Shown here piece by piece: positions 13,101 through 26,798 of a stretch of 64,000 nt of DNA. Source of the stretch: Raillietiella orientalis (lineage: Eukaryota); assembly GCA_036172245.1 (NCBI GenBank), contig JAYWIR010000026.1:1674001-1738000 (forward strand). The letters are read 5' to 3'. A program made the translations under genes and the position numbers. The first letter of the stretch is position 1; every line of letters begins with the position of its first letter. The notes under the pieces were generated by a model. It was given only the letters and a program-made list of their open reading frames with translations. It searched no databases and was not told where the DNA came from.

Positions 13101-15997
13101 AGAAAGGACCAAGCGTCCAAGCCGACCTTGCTCATGTTTTTTTTTTTTTCATTCGTGTCTTTTAGGATCAGAGTCGAGTGCATCTCCGATATCACTTTCC
13201 CCTTGACCACTCTGAACGAACGGCGTCTTCGAAGTAGCCGAATACAGTTGATACTCATGTCGAAACTGATGCTGGAATTCCTATGCAATCGTCCCAAAAT
13301 CATCCTTGGGAGGCTTTTCGTCGGCAAGATCACCATAGTGCTTTTGATTGGCGTGCAGCCCAGCGACGTGAAACCCATGCATCTGTATAACCTTCCCCGC
13401 TACCATGCCTGGAACAAGCTGGTCATGGATGAGTTGGGAGCCGGTTTCGATAGCAGCATGAAAGATCTGCTGCTGAGCGACATTCGTAGCGCAATCGACG
13501 GACGGCTGATCGGCTCGAGTTTTCGTCTTTCGGTGACCAAAATCCGGGAGGTATGGTAACGGCAGTGGTATCTCTCTCTCTCTCTCTCTCTTTTGTGTGT
13601 GTGTGTGTCCGCTTATCAGATCCGGTCCAGGGGCTTAGGGATGACTTGGTTAGAAGAGAACCCAAATGAAAATGGAAACGCCGCCCATCCAGTATGAAGT
13701 GATCCCAAACTGCTTTCGGTTCCGGGAGTCTGCGAAATGGCCACCTTCAACCACACTTGATCCAAAGCACGTATTTGTGCACGCCCACATGGTCTGGTCG
13801 ATCCAGCCCATGCGGGTATGTGGCTGATGCATTCCGTTCCGCTGCTACTCACTTTCGCAGGAGTGGGACCCTCCCTCCCTCCCATCTTTAATTGGCAGCA
13901 GCGAGCCTGCTCCTCAGGTTTTCTTCGAAGGACCGCGAATCTGAGGTTGCGGCCGCTGCTTCGTACGACCCGCCCTCGATTGGCTCCCGGGGAGCTCTTT
14001 CGCCGCAGGGCCACATGGCAGGAGCAGGACTGTCTTTCGGAGGTCTCTCTTCGCCGAGAAAGTCGTCTCTCCCTTCCGGCGTGGCTCCGCAGATGAGCGT
14101 ACGGTGACCATCGAGCGCGGCGCCTGTGCTGCCTGCGTGGTTCCTGTCCGGACGGATGCGCCTTGGGAATTCGGTTTCTCGCGCCACCCTTTCGACCGGT
14201 GCAGCGTGTGGTTTTCGTGCGCACCCGTGAATCTGCGCAGGTTGCGTGCTCGTGGGAGGGAACGCGTGTGTTCCTTTCCCTCACTCGACGACCTGCCTGC
14301 TTCCTGTCTCTCTCTGTCTTCCTCCTTCCCTTCCTTTGTCCATGCGCTGTCGTCTGCAGCCGTGAGCGAACTCCGAAGCGGCCGCTTGCGCCCCGTCGTC
14401 CGGTGTTGCTTGGCGCGAACGCTACCTTCGCCCTGATGCGACAGCTATGACGGTTTCGAGCAGAGTCCGTCGCAGCTTCAGAAGAACAAAACGATTCCTA
14501 TCTCGAGAGGTGGGAAGGGGAAGGTTGCCTCGAGGGCGTTTCTGGAAAACGCCAGTGCAGGAAGTCTGCCTGAGGGACTGCGTCTGTGCTCCTGACGGCC
14601 AGGGGTGTGAGCGACGCTGAAGTCATTGTTCGCCCCGGTTTCGGAAGACTCGTGGTAACGGATCCGGTCGTTTCCAGGGAGAGAACAAGCTCTACTTGAT
14701 TCTGGACAAACCCCTGAGGAAAGACGAACCCTACAAAGTGTACATCGAGCAGGAGTCCTACAAGATGACCCGCCTGGTGAATTGCTATGCGGTCAACCCC
14801 TACAACATACGAATCGTCGTCCCAGGTAACCCCTCCCCTCCTTGTGCCCCCTTCTTTGGCGGGTAATGAGCTGCGGAAGCAGAGCACAACCTGGACGACT
14901 CCAAGTACCTGACCGTCATCCTGGAACGCGACGAGCAGTGCGTCGGGTCCCAGCAGCTGAAGTACCAGTCGAAGATGAGCGTCTTGCATTCTCTTCTGTC
15001 GCATTCGTGCGATCCGCTGACCTTGGTGTCCCAGGTCGTGCACGGGAGCAACGCAGACAAGTTCCTGGCCTCGAGCTTCAGAACCAACATGCAGCACCAC
15101 CAAGCCAAGCACCTGGACCTGTCCAGCCTGAACATCCGCTTCAACTGTAATGGCCCGGAGCTATGGTTTTCGAGGTCCTGCAAGCCTCGTGTCCCTTCTG
15201 CTTGCAGCTCAGCAAGAGTGGCCCACGCTGCTCCATTTTTCCTGCTACCACGGGCTGTACGAATTCACGTCTGTGCTCCTGACCTGCCCCGGCGCGGAGA
15301 TCGCCTGCCGGATAAAGAACAAGAACAGCATGACGCCGGCGGAGGTGGCCGAGATCAGGGGGTTCCAGAAACTGCGGATGTTGATCGACCGCTTTCTGGT
15401 AAAGCCCGAGCGAGTGCGGACATCGCGGTCGCGTCACGGACAGGGACGTTCTTGCAGGAAGGCGCACCTTCCTCCGAAAGGGGACACTCCAAGCAACGTG
15501 TGGCCACTCCGCCCATCGCCACGTATGACGTTCCGCGTCCTTCTCGCCATGCGCCATTGGCGTCCGAGGTGACGCCGATCCCGAGTGCTTCCTCCTCCTC
15601 CCGCGCGCACGGTGGCGAGTCTCCGGCAGAGCAGAAAGACCCGGCCGCGGTGCCGCCCAGGGACGAGGTGGGTGCCTGATCCCTCGCCTCTGTGCGCCCT
15701 TCACCGAGGACGGCGGCTCCGCCTCTGTACTTGCAGGGCGGCTACCGGGAAGACAAGGGACTGAATGGGTTCCGCTGGTTCCGCAAGAGCAGGAAGCCTC
15801 AGCACATCGAAGAGCGCAGCCTTCAGCCACCTCCGGACCCGTTCCCGGTCAGGGCGACCGCCAACCCGGAGCTGGATTACGTCTTCATGAGCCACCCGGC
15901 CGACGCGTCGTCTCCCGACCACGCCCTACCGCGCTACTCGTTCTTGGATCCGGGGAACAAAAAGAACCGGCACTTGAGGGAACCCGAGATCCGCTGA
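10195..15997 (+). CDS. stumps: Dof/stumps (BCAP/PIK3AP1/BANK1 family) adaptor with TIR-like, DBB and ankyrin domains (~617 aa)
   Basis: Exons 10195-10477, 12984-13095, 13166-13550, 14678-14825, 14883-15146, 15208-15398, 15458-15667, 15737-15997 (1854 nt, all GT-AG, phases consistent). N-terminus MAAVNNPSY; TIR-like FDVTIFHEKD...SRIQLILMS...VLLIGV; DBB FRLSVTKIREGENKLYLILD...NPYNI; ankyrin WPTLLHFSCYHGL...KNKNSMTPAEVAE; tail motifs YDVP and YVFM. Confidence 0.85.
10849..12100 (-). mobile_element. piggyBac (PGBD4-like) transposase pseudogene inside the first coding intron of Dof
   Basis: VDGSPLPWRGRLPRKQ (first catalytic D region, in the frame of ORF 11655-12041) frameshifts into PSRRNRLGMEVFARCD, LDNWYTS, WRDRRDV, MGGVDRSD, RKRWYRKAFLHL and the C-terminal Cys-rich RRCTGC...CWACEVSLCVVSCFETHH. 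No clean TTAA/TIR ends seen. Confidence 0.85.
13640..14200 (-). mobile_element. pogo-like DDE relic in a Dof intron
   Basis: ALDGHRTL (cf. LDGH.SH), followed by VWLKVAIS...LHTGWAAFPF (cf. AW.KA...F..TG..PF). Confidence 0.3.
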
Positions 15998-16549
15998 GGA
16001 ACGCACGTTCGCAGATGTTCCCAACCCTTTTCCATGGCTCGGAGGGTCCGTTGAGGAAATATAGAGGGACCTCCCGGACTGGTGCGCCGACGCCGTGGGG
16101 CCATCTCTCCCGGCTTTCAAGGCGGTGGTTGCATGCGTCCTTAGGGAGAAATACGGACGACTTTTGTAACCTTAGATTTCAGGCCGACTCCATCTTCGCA
16201 GCGCCGGCGTGGAGCTCCGCGCGAAGACGGAGCCGTGCTTTGTGTGGGGGGGGGGGGGGGCAGAGGCGGGAGATGGATTGTGTGTTAGCGTCGCGGGGAG
16301 TACGTTCCCGCTGCAGAATTTCCGACGCAACGAAGGATGACGTAGTGCCTGCAGCTCCCCACGGAAGACGATCGGTCAGCCTCCCGGTAATCGGATGCAA
16401 GCGCGGAGGCGACGAATTCCAGCAGAGGTTTGGGGTGGCTGGGGAGAAGACGTTTCGAAGTTCTCCGTTTGTGCGTTCTTCTCCCTGCTATCCCATAAAG
16501 ACGGCAAAAGAGTTAGGAATCAGCATTCTGGGGGGAGGGGTCGTCCCTC

Positions 16550-18400
16550 TTGAGGGAAAGGCAAGTGCTGCGGTCAACTTTCGCCAGAGTGGGCTCTTCG
16601 ACCGCCTTTAACCCTGAGGAAATACGCGGCGATCTCGTGCCCTTTTTAATGGTGATGCGTGCAAGAGGCTGTGCTAGCAAGTGGAATCTTCGCGGCCTTG
16701 AAGGTCGCACGCATATGGAGGGTTCGCTCCTTCGGTTCCGTCTTCCTCCGAGACGCACGCAACAGCATAGCGGGTTTCATTGACTCCGTTTTCTCGTACG
16801 AGTACGGAATGCGGTTGTCTTGTGCCTCCGGCTGACCTTCAGCTGGTCTTGTGGGTTTCCAGTGACAAGAAGCCTCGTCCAGCTTGGGCTGCCATTTTCT
16901 TACGTCTTTCTTGTCGCTGCTGAAGCCCCCGTGTTCTACTATTCCTTCAGTATTCCTTGCGTACCCTTTTCTTTGTTTGAACCCTCTGGTCATCCCCGGT
17001 TGGCTACTTTTTGACTCCTGAAAGCAAGGTTGGGGATGTGCGCGCGATCCCAGTGGATCGGTGCGGTGGGCGCATATCCTCTCCCTCCTTCTGGGTTCCT
17101 GCATTTTTTCGATCTATCCTGTAGGCGTCAGCTAATCACTTCTGTGCCTCCGGCAGCCGGCCTCTAAGCAGTGCATGCATCTATGCCGTTTGCCGACGAG
17201 GAGGGCGCGCTCGTCCATCGCCCGTTCGCTCGTATCCTTCCGAGACATTGGGCTGTGCTCCGCGGAGTTACCAGGAGTAGCCTGAAACGGGACAAAGTTC
17301 AACTTGGAGATGATTCAAAGGGCGAGGACTCCTACGTACTTCCCGAAGCGGGGAGCACTACTCGCGGGTAGCCGAATTCCTTTGCCCGTGCGCGTCTAGC
17401 GAGGAGGGCCACCTGAGCATTGAGCAGCACTTGCTCGGGATCAAGTATTCAGGCGCGTTCGGCGTCGAAGTGGGGCGTCCTGGTGAGAAAGGGTTCGGGT
17501 CTTGCAGCACCCGTGGTTGTGGTCTCCGAGCGTGGCACCAAGCGATGCGGGTTAGGATACCCTCAAAGGGTCGGCTCCAGAGAAATGGGTGCATCGTGCG
17601 TTTCGAGTTCCCTCCGCAAGATGACTCTGGTTGGCCTACATGCGAGTGCGGCACCGGTGGAAGGCGGAAACCGGATGCCTCGCAGAGTGGCCGGGATTCG
17701 GAAATTGACCCTCCGAGATCCCTTCCAGGAATCAGGGAGCCGGATCCCTCCTGGGCTCCCCTCCGGTTGTGCAAACGGTGCGCGTATGGGAAGGAAGGTC
17801 AACATGACACGTGGACAGTCATGCCAGCGGCGCGCTCCTCAGGAGTGGCACACACAGACTTCCGTGGGGATCCGTGACCTACGATCTCCCGAGGCTTGCG
17901 GAGCTTCCCAGGTGGGGGGAGAAAGAGGCTGCCCTGGGTGTGTTGCTCGTGCAGGTCTCTGCGCTGCTTGGTGGGCAAAGCGAGAGACCTCGGACGATGG
18001 CGAATGCTCCCCTTCCTTTCCCCGTCGGAAAGTCAGACAGCAGGAACGTAGGACCTCTACTGCCACCCTCCGTGGCTGCTGTTTTCAAACTCTTTGCGCT
18101 CCGTCGTCAGCACAGGTTGCTGTTGCGGAAGGTCCATCGTCCGGCCTTCGAGGCCTCAGGTGACGGGCGATGGTGTCTCGCCCCGACGGCCTGCCAGGTG
18201 AAGGCTTTCACAGAGTGCCAGAAAGAGGAGTTTGGTCTCGGAACTGTTCTCGGACAGCACTAAGGGTGCCGCATGACGCTTCTCTCCATGGAGGCAGCAG
18301 CTTTGCCACAAGCGCCAATTTATCCCGAGGGAGTCTGCCGGACTCGGCTGAACCCGGGGGTCGAAGGAGTCGCAGAAGAGTCATTTTCTGCGAAGTCTCA
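16550..18400 (+). mobile_element. Penelope-like retroelement relic (RT, possibly GIY-YIG)
   Basis: Ordered degenerate motifs: LRGLEGRTHMEGSLLRF (cf. LYGLPK.HK.G.PLRP), HLLGIKYSGAFGVE (cf. IKFT.E), VLVRKGSGLAAPV (cf. DV.V.R..G.L.T.V), LGTVLGQH (cf. L..R..EH). Confidence 0.4.
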
Positions 18401-20599
18401 AAACCAGCTGAAACCGAAGCGTTCAGGCGAGATATCTGTCCCCCTCCCCCTTCCTCGTCCCTTCTCGAGAAGGAAGCTCTTGCACTCCAGAGGCAGGTAT
18501 CACCTCCTCCTCTTCCTCCTCCTGACAGATCTTCCGCTCTCGTCGGTACTACAACCAACTTGGTTGCTATGGTAGCGGAACGACGGGCGCTCGGCTAGGG
18601 GTGCCGTTTGGGGTCGGATGCGTCCAGTCTGGGAACTTGCTATCCCTCTCCCACTCCCGGCGCCTCAGCTAACGAAATCCCAACTTTGTCGATGGAGGCT
18701 GGGTGCGCGCCGCCGCCTTCGAACCCTGCGGTAGAAAATCGCACCGGAGGGTTCGCAGAGGGTCGTCGGAAAGTTCCCCCAGCATGGTTTCCATACCCAC
18801 CTGGGGAGAGGAGGTGTCACGGTCGCAGGGAATGGAGATGGCGGGAGCTGAGGGGATCTCGATTTTCGACAAAGCGTCCGAAGGAAAGGGAAAACTCCAG
18901 AAGATGCTAGAGAGGGAGAGGGAGGAGACTCTCAGGAATCCGGTAGGGGTGGACTGCGGAAAGCAGCGCATCCCCGGGGTGGGGACAGGAACGTGGGTCG
19001 TCTCGGGAGGGTCTCCTGGAATACTCCGTAGAATCGCATGGGGTATCACTTCACCTACTCGAGGCACCTTGCGACCTTGGAGTTTTCCGAGAGCGGCAAC
19101 GGAGGCTGCGACTCTACCTGTCCGTTTGCCTGGCGGGGCTTACCCTCAGGGTCGCCCTGCCAGGCAAACGGACGGGGGCCCCCGACCGGGAAGAAGAGAG
19201 CAGGGACCCTGAGCACAAGTGGCAGTGTCACGCGGAGATGGACACAAGGTGGCCTGTTCGCCTGCGCGTGGATCTGCCAGCCTGCCGATCGGCCGCCCCC
19301 GGTGGCACCTGGCGCCGCTGCCTCCCTCACCGCCGAGGATTTGCCGACCGAATTCGAGGAGGGGGAAGGGGACCAGTCTCTCGAACCCAAGTCTAGGAAG
19401 AAGGAAGAAGGATTCCTTTCCCTGCGGTCTCATCGCTTGCCCGAAACTCTGGATGCACCCGCTGCGTGGGCGGCTACCGCCCGAGGGTCGGGGGGCAGCT
19501 CTTCCCGCACCGGCGAATCCGCTGTTCTCTCCGAGGGAGACGACAGTCGTGGGCGCAAGGTGGGCCGACCTCAGGTCTCGGGGACGCTGCAGGGGCCTAT
19601 CGGGAGACCCCTCGTCGCCCGTGGCGTGCAACTGACCTGGAGACGGAACACCCCTTCGGGGTACCTCGTAACTGGTGGACTCGAAGTGGCAGGAGATGCG
19701 CGTCCGCCACCTGATCGGCGCGTTTCCACGGTAATCCTCTTCTGTAGAAGGGAAAGCCGGAAGGAACCTCCCTTCTCCCACCCCCGAAAGAGCGCCTCCT
19801 GTCCTTTCCAGCTTTTCTTCTGCCTCGGAATTTCCCCTCCTCCCCACAATTGGGCAGAAAAATAAAATAAAAATGAACGCTTCAGCAGCGGGAGACGGCA
19901 TCCGGACAGACGCCGTCTCCAAGGAATGAGCTCTTCCTGCTGGAGCTGTGCCGTGCAATGGTTAGGTAGGCGCCCCACTGCCGCCTCTTCGAAGTCCTCC
20001 CTCCCTCTCCTTCTCACCCACCTTCCTTCCTTCTTTCCTCCTTTTCTCCCTTACTTTCTCCTCATCTTCCTCGTCCTCCTTTCAGATCCAGATCCGGCGC
20101 CTTCGGTGGAAGGACGCGGTGCTGAAGGAAATCATCCTCTGCAACCTTCTGCTGCTGCTGCTGAAGATGACCTTTGTCGCCATGACCTTCTCCCCCGCCC
20201 CGGGCGAGAGAGGGAGGGAAGGGGAAAGCCCCTTGCAGAGGGTGTCGCCCTCCCGCGAGCGGGGCCTTCGAAACATACAAGAGTCAGAAGGGGAGCGAGC
20301 ACGACCGGAGGCGGAAGCCTGGGGGCAGCAGTCTGGAGACGCAGGCGCCGTCCCAGAGAATCCCTGCAGGCAGCCGGCTTTGGGGAATGAGCCTTCCCGG
20401 AAGGGCACGGTCCTCGGGGACGCTCTGGGACTTAAGTGGGTCTCCCCCCCGGGCCTGACTCGAGCCCATCCTCCCTCGGCACGGCTCTCGCGGAGTGACC
20501 CCGCTGAAGTGACCGGGACGACGAGCAGGCGCAGCAACACACCCACGATCGTAATGGCGCGTTTTCGTGACGTTGTCGGCAGCTTCGCTCTCCCGCCGC

Positions 20600-23050
20600 T
20601 AGGTTCGCCACAAGTGCTCACGCCGCCTGCCCCAGTCGCAGGCGGCCCTCCGGAAGGTAGGCAAGGCTTTGCCCCTTCGGACGGACACCTCTGCTTTTTC
20701 CCGGCGTCCTCGCCTGGGATGGCTTCCCGGACGCATCCGCTCGGGTGGCGCTCCCCTTTCTGGTGCGGACCATAGGTCGTGGGCAAGCGGCGCGGCATCA
20801 GTGGACCCTGAGATGTTCCCGGAGACCGCCCCTCGCTTCCCGCGCGCCCATTCTTGCCTCGACCTCTTCAAGCTGGCGACATCCATAAGTCCCGGTCCTC
20901 GACGGATTGGTGAGTGCCAGCGGCGTGCCCGCTCGACAACGAGTGGCGTGGGGGGTGAGCAGTCACCTGCATCTCCTATTTTCCCCACCCCGCTCTCTTG
21001 GAGGGATCCTTTGCGAAGCTGGGGAACCGGCTCTCTTCCTCGAGAGCGGCGCGGCAAGGAATGACCAGCGGGACGAGATTTTCCATCTCAGGCCTTCCTC
21101 GCCCCGAGATGGACGAAGCTGCGGAGGCTGTGACCACGCCATTCCTCCCCTCTTCCTCCCTGCGCACTTCTTCCCCAGAGCTCGCGTTCTCCTGGGTGTT
21201 TTGATCGCTTCCCGCGCTAGCGCGCGATCGATCCGAGCGCCACGCCTGTCGCTTTCCGGCAGCTTTCAAAAAGATTCGCCTTCCCTCCACCCCGTGGCGC
21301 GGCAAACGCAGGGAATGAACGTCCGAAAGAACTGTTCGCTTCCTTTTTCAACCGGGAAGAAGAAGGGGGAATCCGATTTCTCAAGTGTTCCTTCCGGCAG
21401 GAGACGGCACAGGAACCCCCCTCCCCCTTCTACCTCGTTTACGGATCGGACTGGGGCGCAGCGCTGCAGGCGCCTCGCAACGTGGTTCTGCTGGACTACC
21501 GAAAGCCGCGAGAGCCTACAGTCGATCCTGCGCCACGCCTCTGGGGAAGCGCAAATGCGCGCCCGTGCCAGCCCCGCGAGCGCGCCTCCTTTGACCTCTG
21601 CAAAGGGGAGGGAGCCGCCCTTCCAGGTCGTGAGTGCGCTCCTCCTGGCGACGTCACGAGGGATCGGACGAAACGGTCCGGGAAGCTAGAGCGGCGGAGG
21701 CGACCTTGGAATTCTCTCGTTCGCGGGAGGCGACAGAGATTCTAGATGCACGGAACGTGCTTTCTCCCTGCGCCCCCGCCGCCACGGCCTCCGGGGAACA
21801 TGAAGATCGACCGATCGATCTCCGGGGATCGACCTTCCTCTCCCGGACAGAACGCCGTCCGAACTCCATGGGAACCAGCGAGCGGTCCACCCCGCCTCCG
21901 CCTGCATCCCCTCAACGCTCCCCTTGCCTACGTTTCGTCCTCCGCAGCTCTTCTGCTTGAAGGTCGCTCCGCCGCCGGGTTCTGGAAAAAAGAGCTGAAG
22001 CACCTTCTGCATTTGAAAGACGCGACGTTTGGAAAGATGGGCCTCGTCCTCCGTTAGTGAGGAAGTCGGCAGTCCCTTCCTCAACGGTGTGCAGGTCCGC
22101 GACCAGGCTTCTCCTCCAGAGAGCAGAGTCCCACTCGAATGCCCCCAGGCACTCCCTTACGTTCGAAGAAGAGTCGGTCCACCTTCTCCGCGGACTGTGC
22201 AAACTCCAGCAGCAGGCAGACAGCTCGGCTGCTTCCAGTGGATCAGCTGATCTGGATTTACCGCTTACCCCTTGGGGGGCACTCAAGACTGAGATCAGCT
22301 CAGAGAGCTCGCGAGATTCCGATCGCTTGCCCCGAAGGGTCCACTACAGGATGTCCGATGTGCGATATGGACCGCTTTCGCTGAGGCAGGGCGAGGTCGC
22401 GAATGGAAAGGAACCTTTCACAGTGGGTGGATCTCCCGATAGAGGAACCGTCCCGTGGCTCCATCGCAGCTCGTTCGCCCCAACGGGCTTGCTGCATTCC
22501 CATCACCAGGAGGGATCTTCCGGTGAAGATGCGGAAAGCCCGTGTCGAAAGTAACAACGCCCGCCACTTTAATGGGAACGAGAAGAACTCCAGAAGAGTG
22601 CAGCACAATCGCTTCCGGTCAAAAATGGACTTCTCGCTTTGGAAAGACGCCGCACGATAGAAACTTCGAAAAGTAGGGTTAGGGACCTGGAAGAGACCAT
22701 TTCCTGCCGCCGCATGGGGGTCCTCCGCATTGCATCTATCCACAGTCTGCCCGCAGCAAGTGGAGAGGGCACCTCCGGGCCTAGCAACCGTACTGATTGC
22801 CATCTTCTTTCTTAACAGCACTCCGGTTCGTCCTCCTGGAAGTCGCTACCAGCATTGGAAGATTCCCTCCTGCGACACTGTGCACCTTCTTTCTAAACGA
22901 GACTTTTTCCTGGGGATGTCGGACCTTCCTTCCTTCTTAGGAATCTGCGGAACGTTTGTAGGGGTCGCTGGACGCTCGGGGACTGTTCTGTAAGTCACCG
23001 TGGCCTCAGATTTCGACTTCCAGTCGCACTTACCGCTTGCCCTCACCCTC
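20600..23050 (-). mobile_element. Probable highly decayed retroelement (Penelope-like?)
   Basis: Weak remnants only: LRKKMAISTVARPGG (cf. I.I..ADKG) and GNISGSTDAAPL (cf. YIG.T...L). Confidence 0.2.
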
Positions 23051-25099
23051 GTTGTCCGGCCTGAAGCCTGCCGGCAGCTGCCCTTCAGCAGGCGCCCGCG
23101 CCTCTCTCGTTCGGTTTCGTTCCCAGGAAGACCTCCCGTCTTTCCTCAGTTTCCCTTCTTCTCACTGGAACTCGTTCCCCTAGCCACCACCAAGAGAGAC
23201 GTTCCAAGATCCGGGTTCTCCCCTTCGTGCGTAAACAGAGGAAAGCCTCCGTCGCTTCAGCAGGTCAGCGAAGGTCAAGGATGACTGGGTTCTTTCTTCC
23301 TCCCGCCTTCTCTTCGTCGTTCAGCAACTTTGCCCCCCTCTCTGTCTCATTCCTTTCCGATGTCACTTTTGGCTTGTTCTACAGCTGTTGGCCTCCACAG
23401 TAAACCTTGGCCATACGCAGGTGCACGTGCTCCATGTCGTGTTTACCTTTCAGAAGCCCACATGTGCACTGCGCCGCGGTACACAGATCCCAAGGGGGCG
23501 CGGAGAGGTGCAGTATCCAGGGGGTTACACGAGCATCTTGAGAGAGAGGGGATGAGATGCGGAGAAGAGACTATTCGAAAGTGCACCACAACGCAGTCCG
23601 TTGGGCTGGGAGCACTGCTTGCAGCTGTCTCGGTGCCGGTGTACTCGAGAGAAGTAATGGAGTCGGATACCCAAGAGAAAGGTGGGAGGAGGGAACGAGC
23701 AGAAATAAGGGACAAAGAGAAAGGAGAAAGGCTCTTCTACTACGTGTCTCCTCACTTGGCTCCATCAAAGGAAAACTATGCCTGTGACCTCAAGATGCGC
23801 CTGCGATGTACTATGACGAACGTCATCACTTCCCCCAAGTCTCTTCTTTCGGGACTGAGCTGGCAGCGTGCCTCCAGGGAAATAGGGGGAAAAAATAGCC
23901 CTTTGGAAACAGCAGAAGGCTACTGTGGCCCCCTTCTAGAGGAATGTGGACCCTTCCGGTCCTTCCGTTAAGAACTGGGAACAGAAAGAAGGATCTTTTC
24001 CCGATTTTCCAGGCCCTCCGGAACTGAAGAAACGTCTCTTTCTCATTCGCGTCCTGTAATTCTTTCGAAAAGCTTTTGGAACCTTCCAGAGAAGACTCAC
24101 CCCTCGATTCCTCCTTCAGTATTTCTGTGGTGTCCAAGGGTATCGCTCAGAAAGTGCAGCCTCTGCAGGGATTGATTCCTTGGCGGCCTTCATATCAGAC
24201 TCGAACCAGTTCCTTTTAGCAGGGAGGATTCGTTAGCGAGAACTTCATGGACTTGGAGGGAGGAATTCGGTTCTCTGCGGGGTCTCAGGAAGCTGTTTTT
24301 CCAGAAGCATCTGTCGGAGGTTGCCCTTATCACATCTCTTCGTCTGCAATCGCGGAATCAGTCAGGATCTGTTGTCAAGCAAAGATGGATGACGACACCA
24401 TGGCTCTCTGTTTTTCCGCATCTTATTCAGTGCACTTTTTGCGAACTTCACGGGGAACGCTTACAAGATGAAGATAGAAGAAAACGAAACAAGTCCCTCT
24501 GGCCAGCATCCCTTGAAAGCAGAGCCAAGTGGCCGACTACTTTTAATTCATTGGTAGCCCATTCTAATTCATTTCCAATGAGCAATTCACATGATTTTTC
24601 CGTATCTTGCCGCTCTTCCACTCCAGTATCATAACAATCCAACACTGGATAAGAAAATTCAGGTTTTCTGTTTGAAAATATCCGTTATTGTTCCAAATTA
24701 TATCTCAACATCATCTACACCTTGCACACACATCACTTAGCTTCGCAACCCATCTGCCAACTCACCAGGAACCGCCGGGAACCATCTCCTTTGAAGCGTC
24801 TTCTTCTGTTTCGAAGAGTCTACCGAAAGAAGTTCGTTCTCAGCTGTGCCTAAACCCCAAGGATCGGCTGCAGTCAGGATGCTGGACAGCTTGGAAGGAT
24901 CTTCTTTCCGAGGCACCTAGTGAGTCGGGGGTGCCAGATGTTCAGATACGGGTGAAAAATTCCCTGTTCTGTAGGAAAAGAGGAAAAGGATCACGATTTT
25001 ATATGCTCTGCTCGTTCTCCATGCTTTCCAATGTTTCCCGGCACGTACAACTTCTGGCTCCCTTCAGTATTCTCCATTAACGGGGAACAGGAAGTACCC

Positions 25100-25830
25100 G
25101 GGGCGTACACACAGAAGAGTGGATGAGTGACGATCACGTGGCAGGAAAAGCAGGACGAACGGAAGCTCCAGGCAATGGGAAGCATCCGGAAGGGTGTCAG
25201 CTAGGCACGTCTGGGTTCAAGAAAGAACCGTGGTTACCTCCCTAGTGAATGAGGGTAAGCAGCCTCGACGGGAACATGAGGGGAGACTTCCAGGGGAGCG
25301 GCGCCCCAAATGTCGTTGTTTTCCATTATCTATTTTTTTCTGCCTCGTCCTTATTTTTTTCCTCCTTTATTTTTTTCTCTCCGAGGAACCACTGGCGCAT
25401 AGTCTCGTCGATTTTTGAGGTCAGGAACCGCACGCCGTGCTAAGGCTTTTCCGTTCGCCTTCGACGTCCGAGGGGTGGAAGATACTCAAGCGGTGCAGCT
25501 GGGTTTAGAATGTCACGCCTTGAAACGCATTCTCCGAAGACCCTCCGGGAAAAAAGACACCCCGTCCGAGCAGCCCCTGACCATGGCGGTCCACGCGCTG
25601 TCCCCTTTATTTAAAAATAGCCTTTCCTGCATGGTTGCGGCGAGACGTAGGCCGTTGGACCCTCACCATGGCAAACGAGGAAGCGCCCTATTCTTCGAGC
25701 ATCCGAGAAACCGGAAAATCTCCTTCCACACCGCCTACTCATACCGTGTGTGCCGTTTACAGATGCCGCTTTCCAAACGACCGCATGCCTGCTTCTATCC
25801 ATTTGCATCAAGGCTTCGAAACCAAGTGGA
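25100..25830 (+). mobile_element. Second piggyBac-like relic (C-terminal part)
   Basis: TITWQEK, RRPKCRCFPLSIFFCLV (cf. RR..RWP..IFF.L) and TAYSYRVCRLQMPL...ACFYPFA (cf. Cys-rich domain). Confidence 0.3.
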
Positions 25831-25912
25831 TGAGAAACAGCCCGGCAGGAGAGGAGAAAAAGCAAAAAAGAAAAAAAAAAAAAAGGAAGGAAGGAAGGAA
25901 GGGAAGAAAGAA

Positions 25913-25917
<5 letters not shown>

Positions 25918-25969
<52 letters not shown>

Positions 25970-25970
25970 A
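25918..25970. repeat. (CA)n microsatellite
   Basis: Read directly; preceded by an A/GAAG-rich purine tract. Confidence 0.95.
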
Positions 25971-26261
25971 TCCTACAAGTTTCCTTCTGTTTTATTTCTT
26001 GCTTCACAGTTCCCCCATTTAGTACAGAGTGATACGCGGAGAAAACCGTGTGCTATTTATCCGCCTATGCAAGCCACGCTGTAACGTCAGACGGCAAATA
26101 CATCATTCCGATGGTAGGCGCCACATCACTATTTTCATTGGTCAATGAATGCGAAAAAAGTGGAAGGGTGTGGGGGGGCGAGGAGGGGGAGGGCTGCATA
26201 GTCTATACGTTTATTTACCCGAAAAAAAAAAAAAAGAAGAAGGAGCGTAACGAAGGGGAGT

Positions 26262-26353
26262 GAGGAAAAAAAAAAAAAAAACAAAAAGAAAGAAAAGAAG
26301 AAGAAGAGGAAGAGGAAGAAGAAGAAGAAGAAGAAAGAAGAAAAAAAAAAAAA
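26262..26353. repeat. Polypurine tract of A-runs and (GAA)n/(GAGGAA)n
   Basis: Read directly. Confidence 0.9.
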
Positions 26354-26798
26354 CGACACTTTCTGGCAGTGATCGGTAAAGTCAACTTCATCCTTTGCAC
26401 TTTCACATGAGTCTGTCGCTGCTGAAACATGTTTGCAGTCACGGAAAGAAAGCAGGTAACGAACGCGGCTGCGAGCGCTGAAAGTTTTTGCTGTGTCGAG
26501 ATGAAAGAAGCTGTGCTTGTTTTCGCGGTCGTGTGCCACCCCCGTTCCCTCCGAAGAGTGCTTAGTGATCATCCTGGAAGAAAAGTTTTCTCCCCGGAAC
26601 TTTGCCTCCGTGCAGGAGCTGGCTGCGAAGAGAGGGGGAAAAAAAAAAAAAAAAAAAAAAAAAGGACAAACGTAAACACGGCCGCCCGTCAACGCGCGCC
26701 AACTTCCCAAGGGCCTGCGCTCCCGGTAAAAAATAACGCGGCAACAACGGGCGAGGGACTAACAATCGTCGGGTGACCCGGGGCGACCGGAACGCCCG

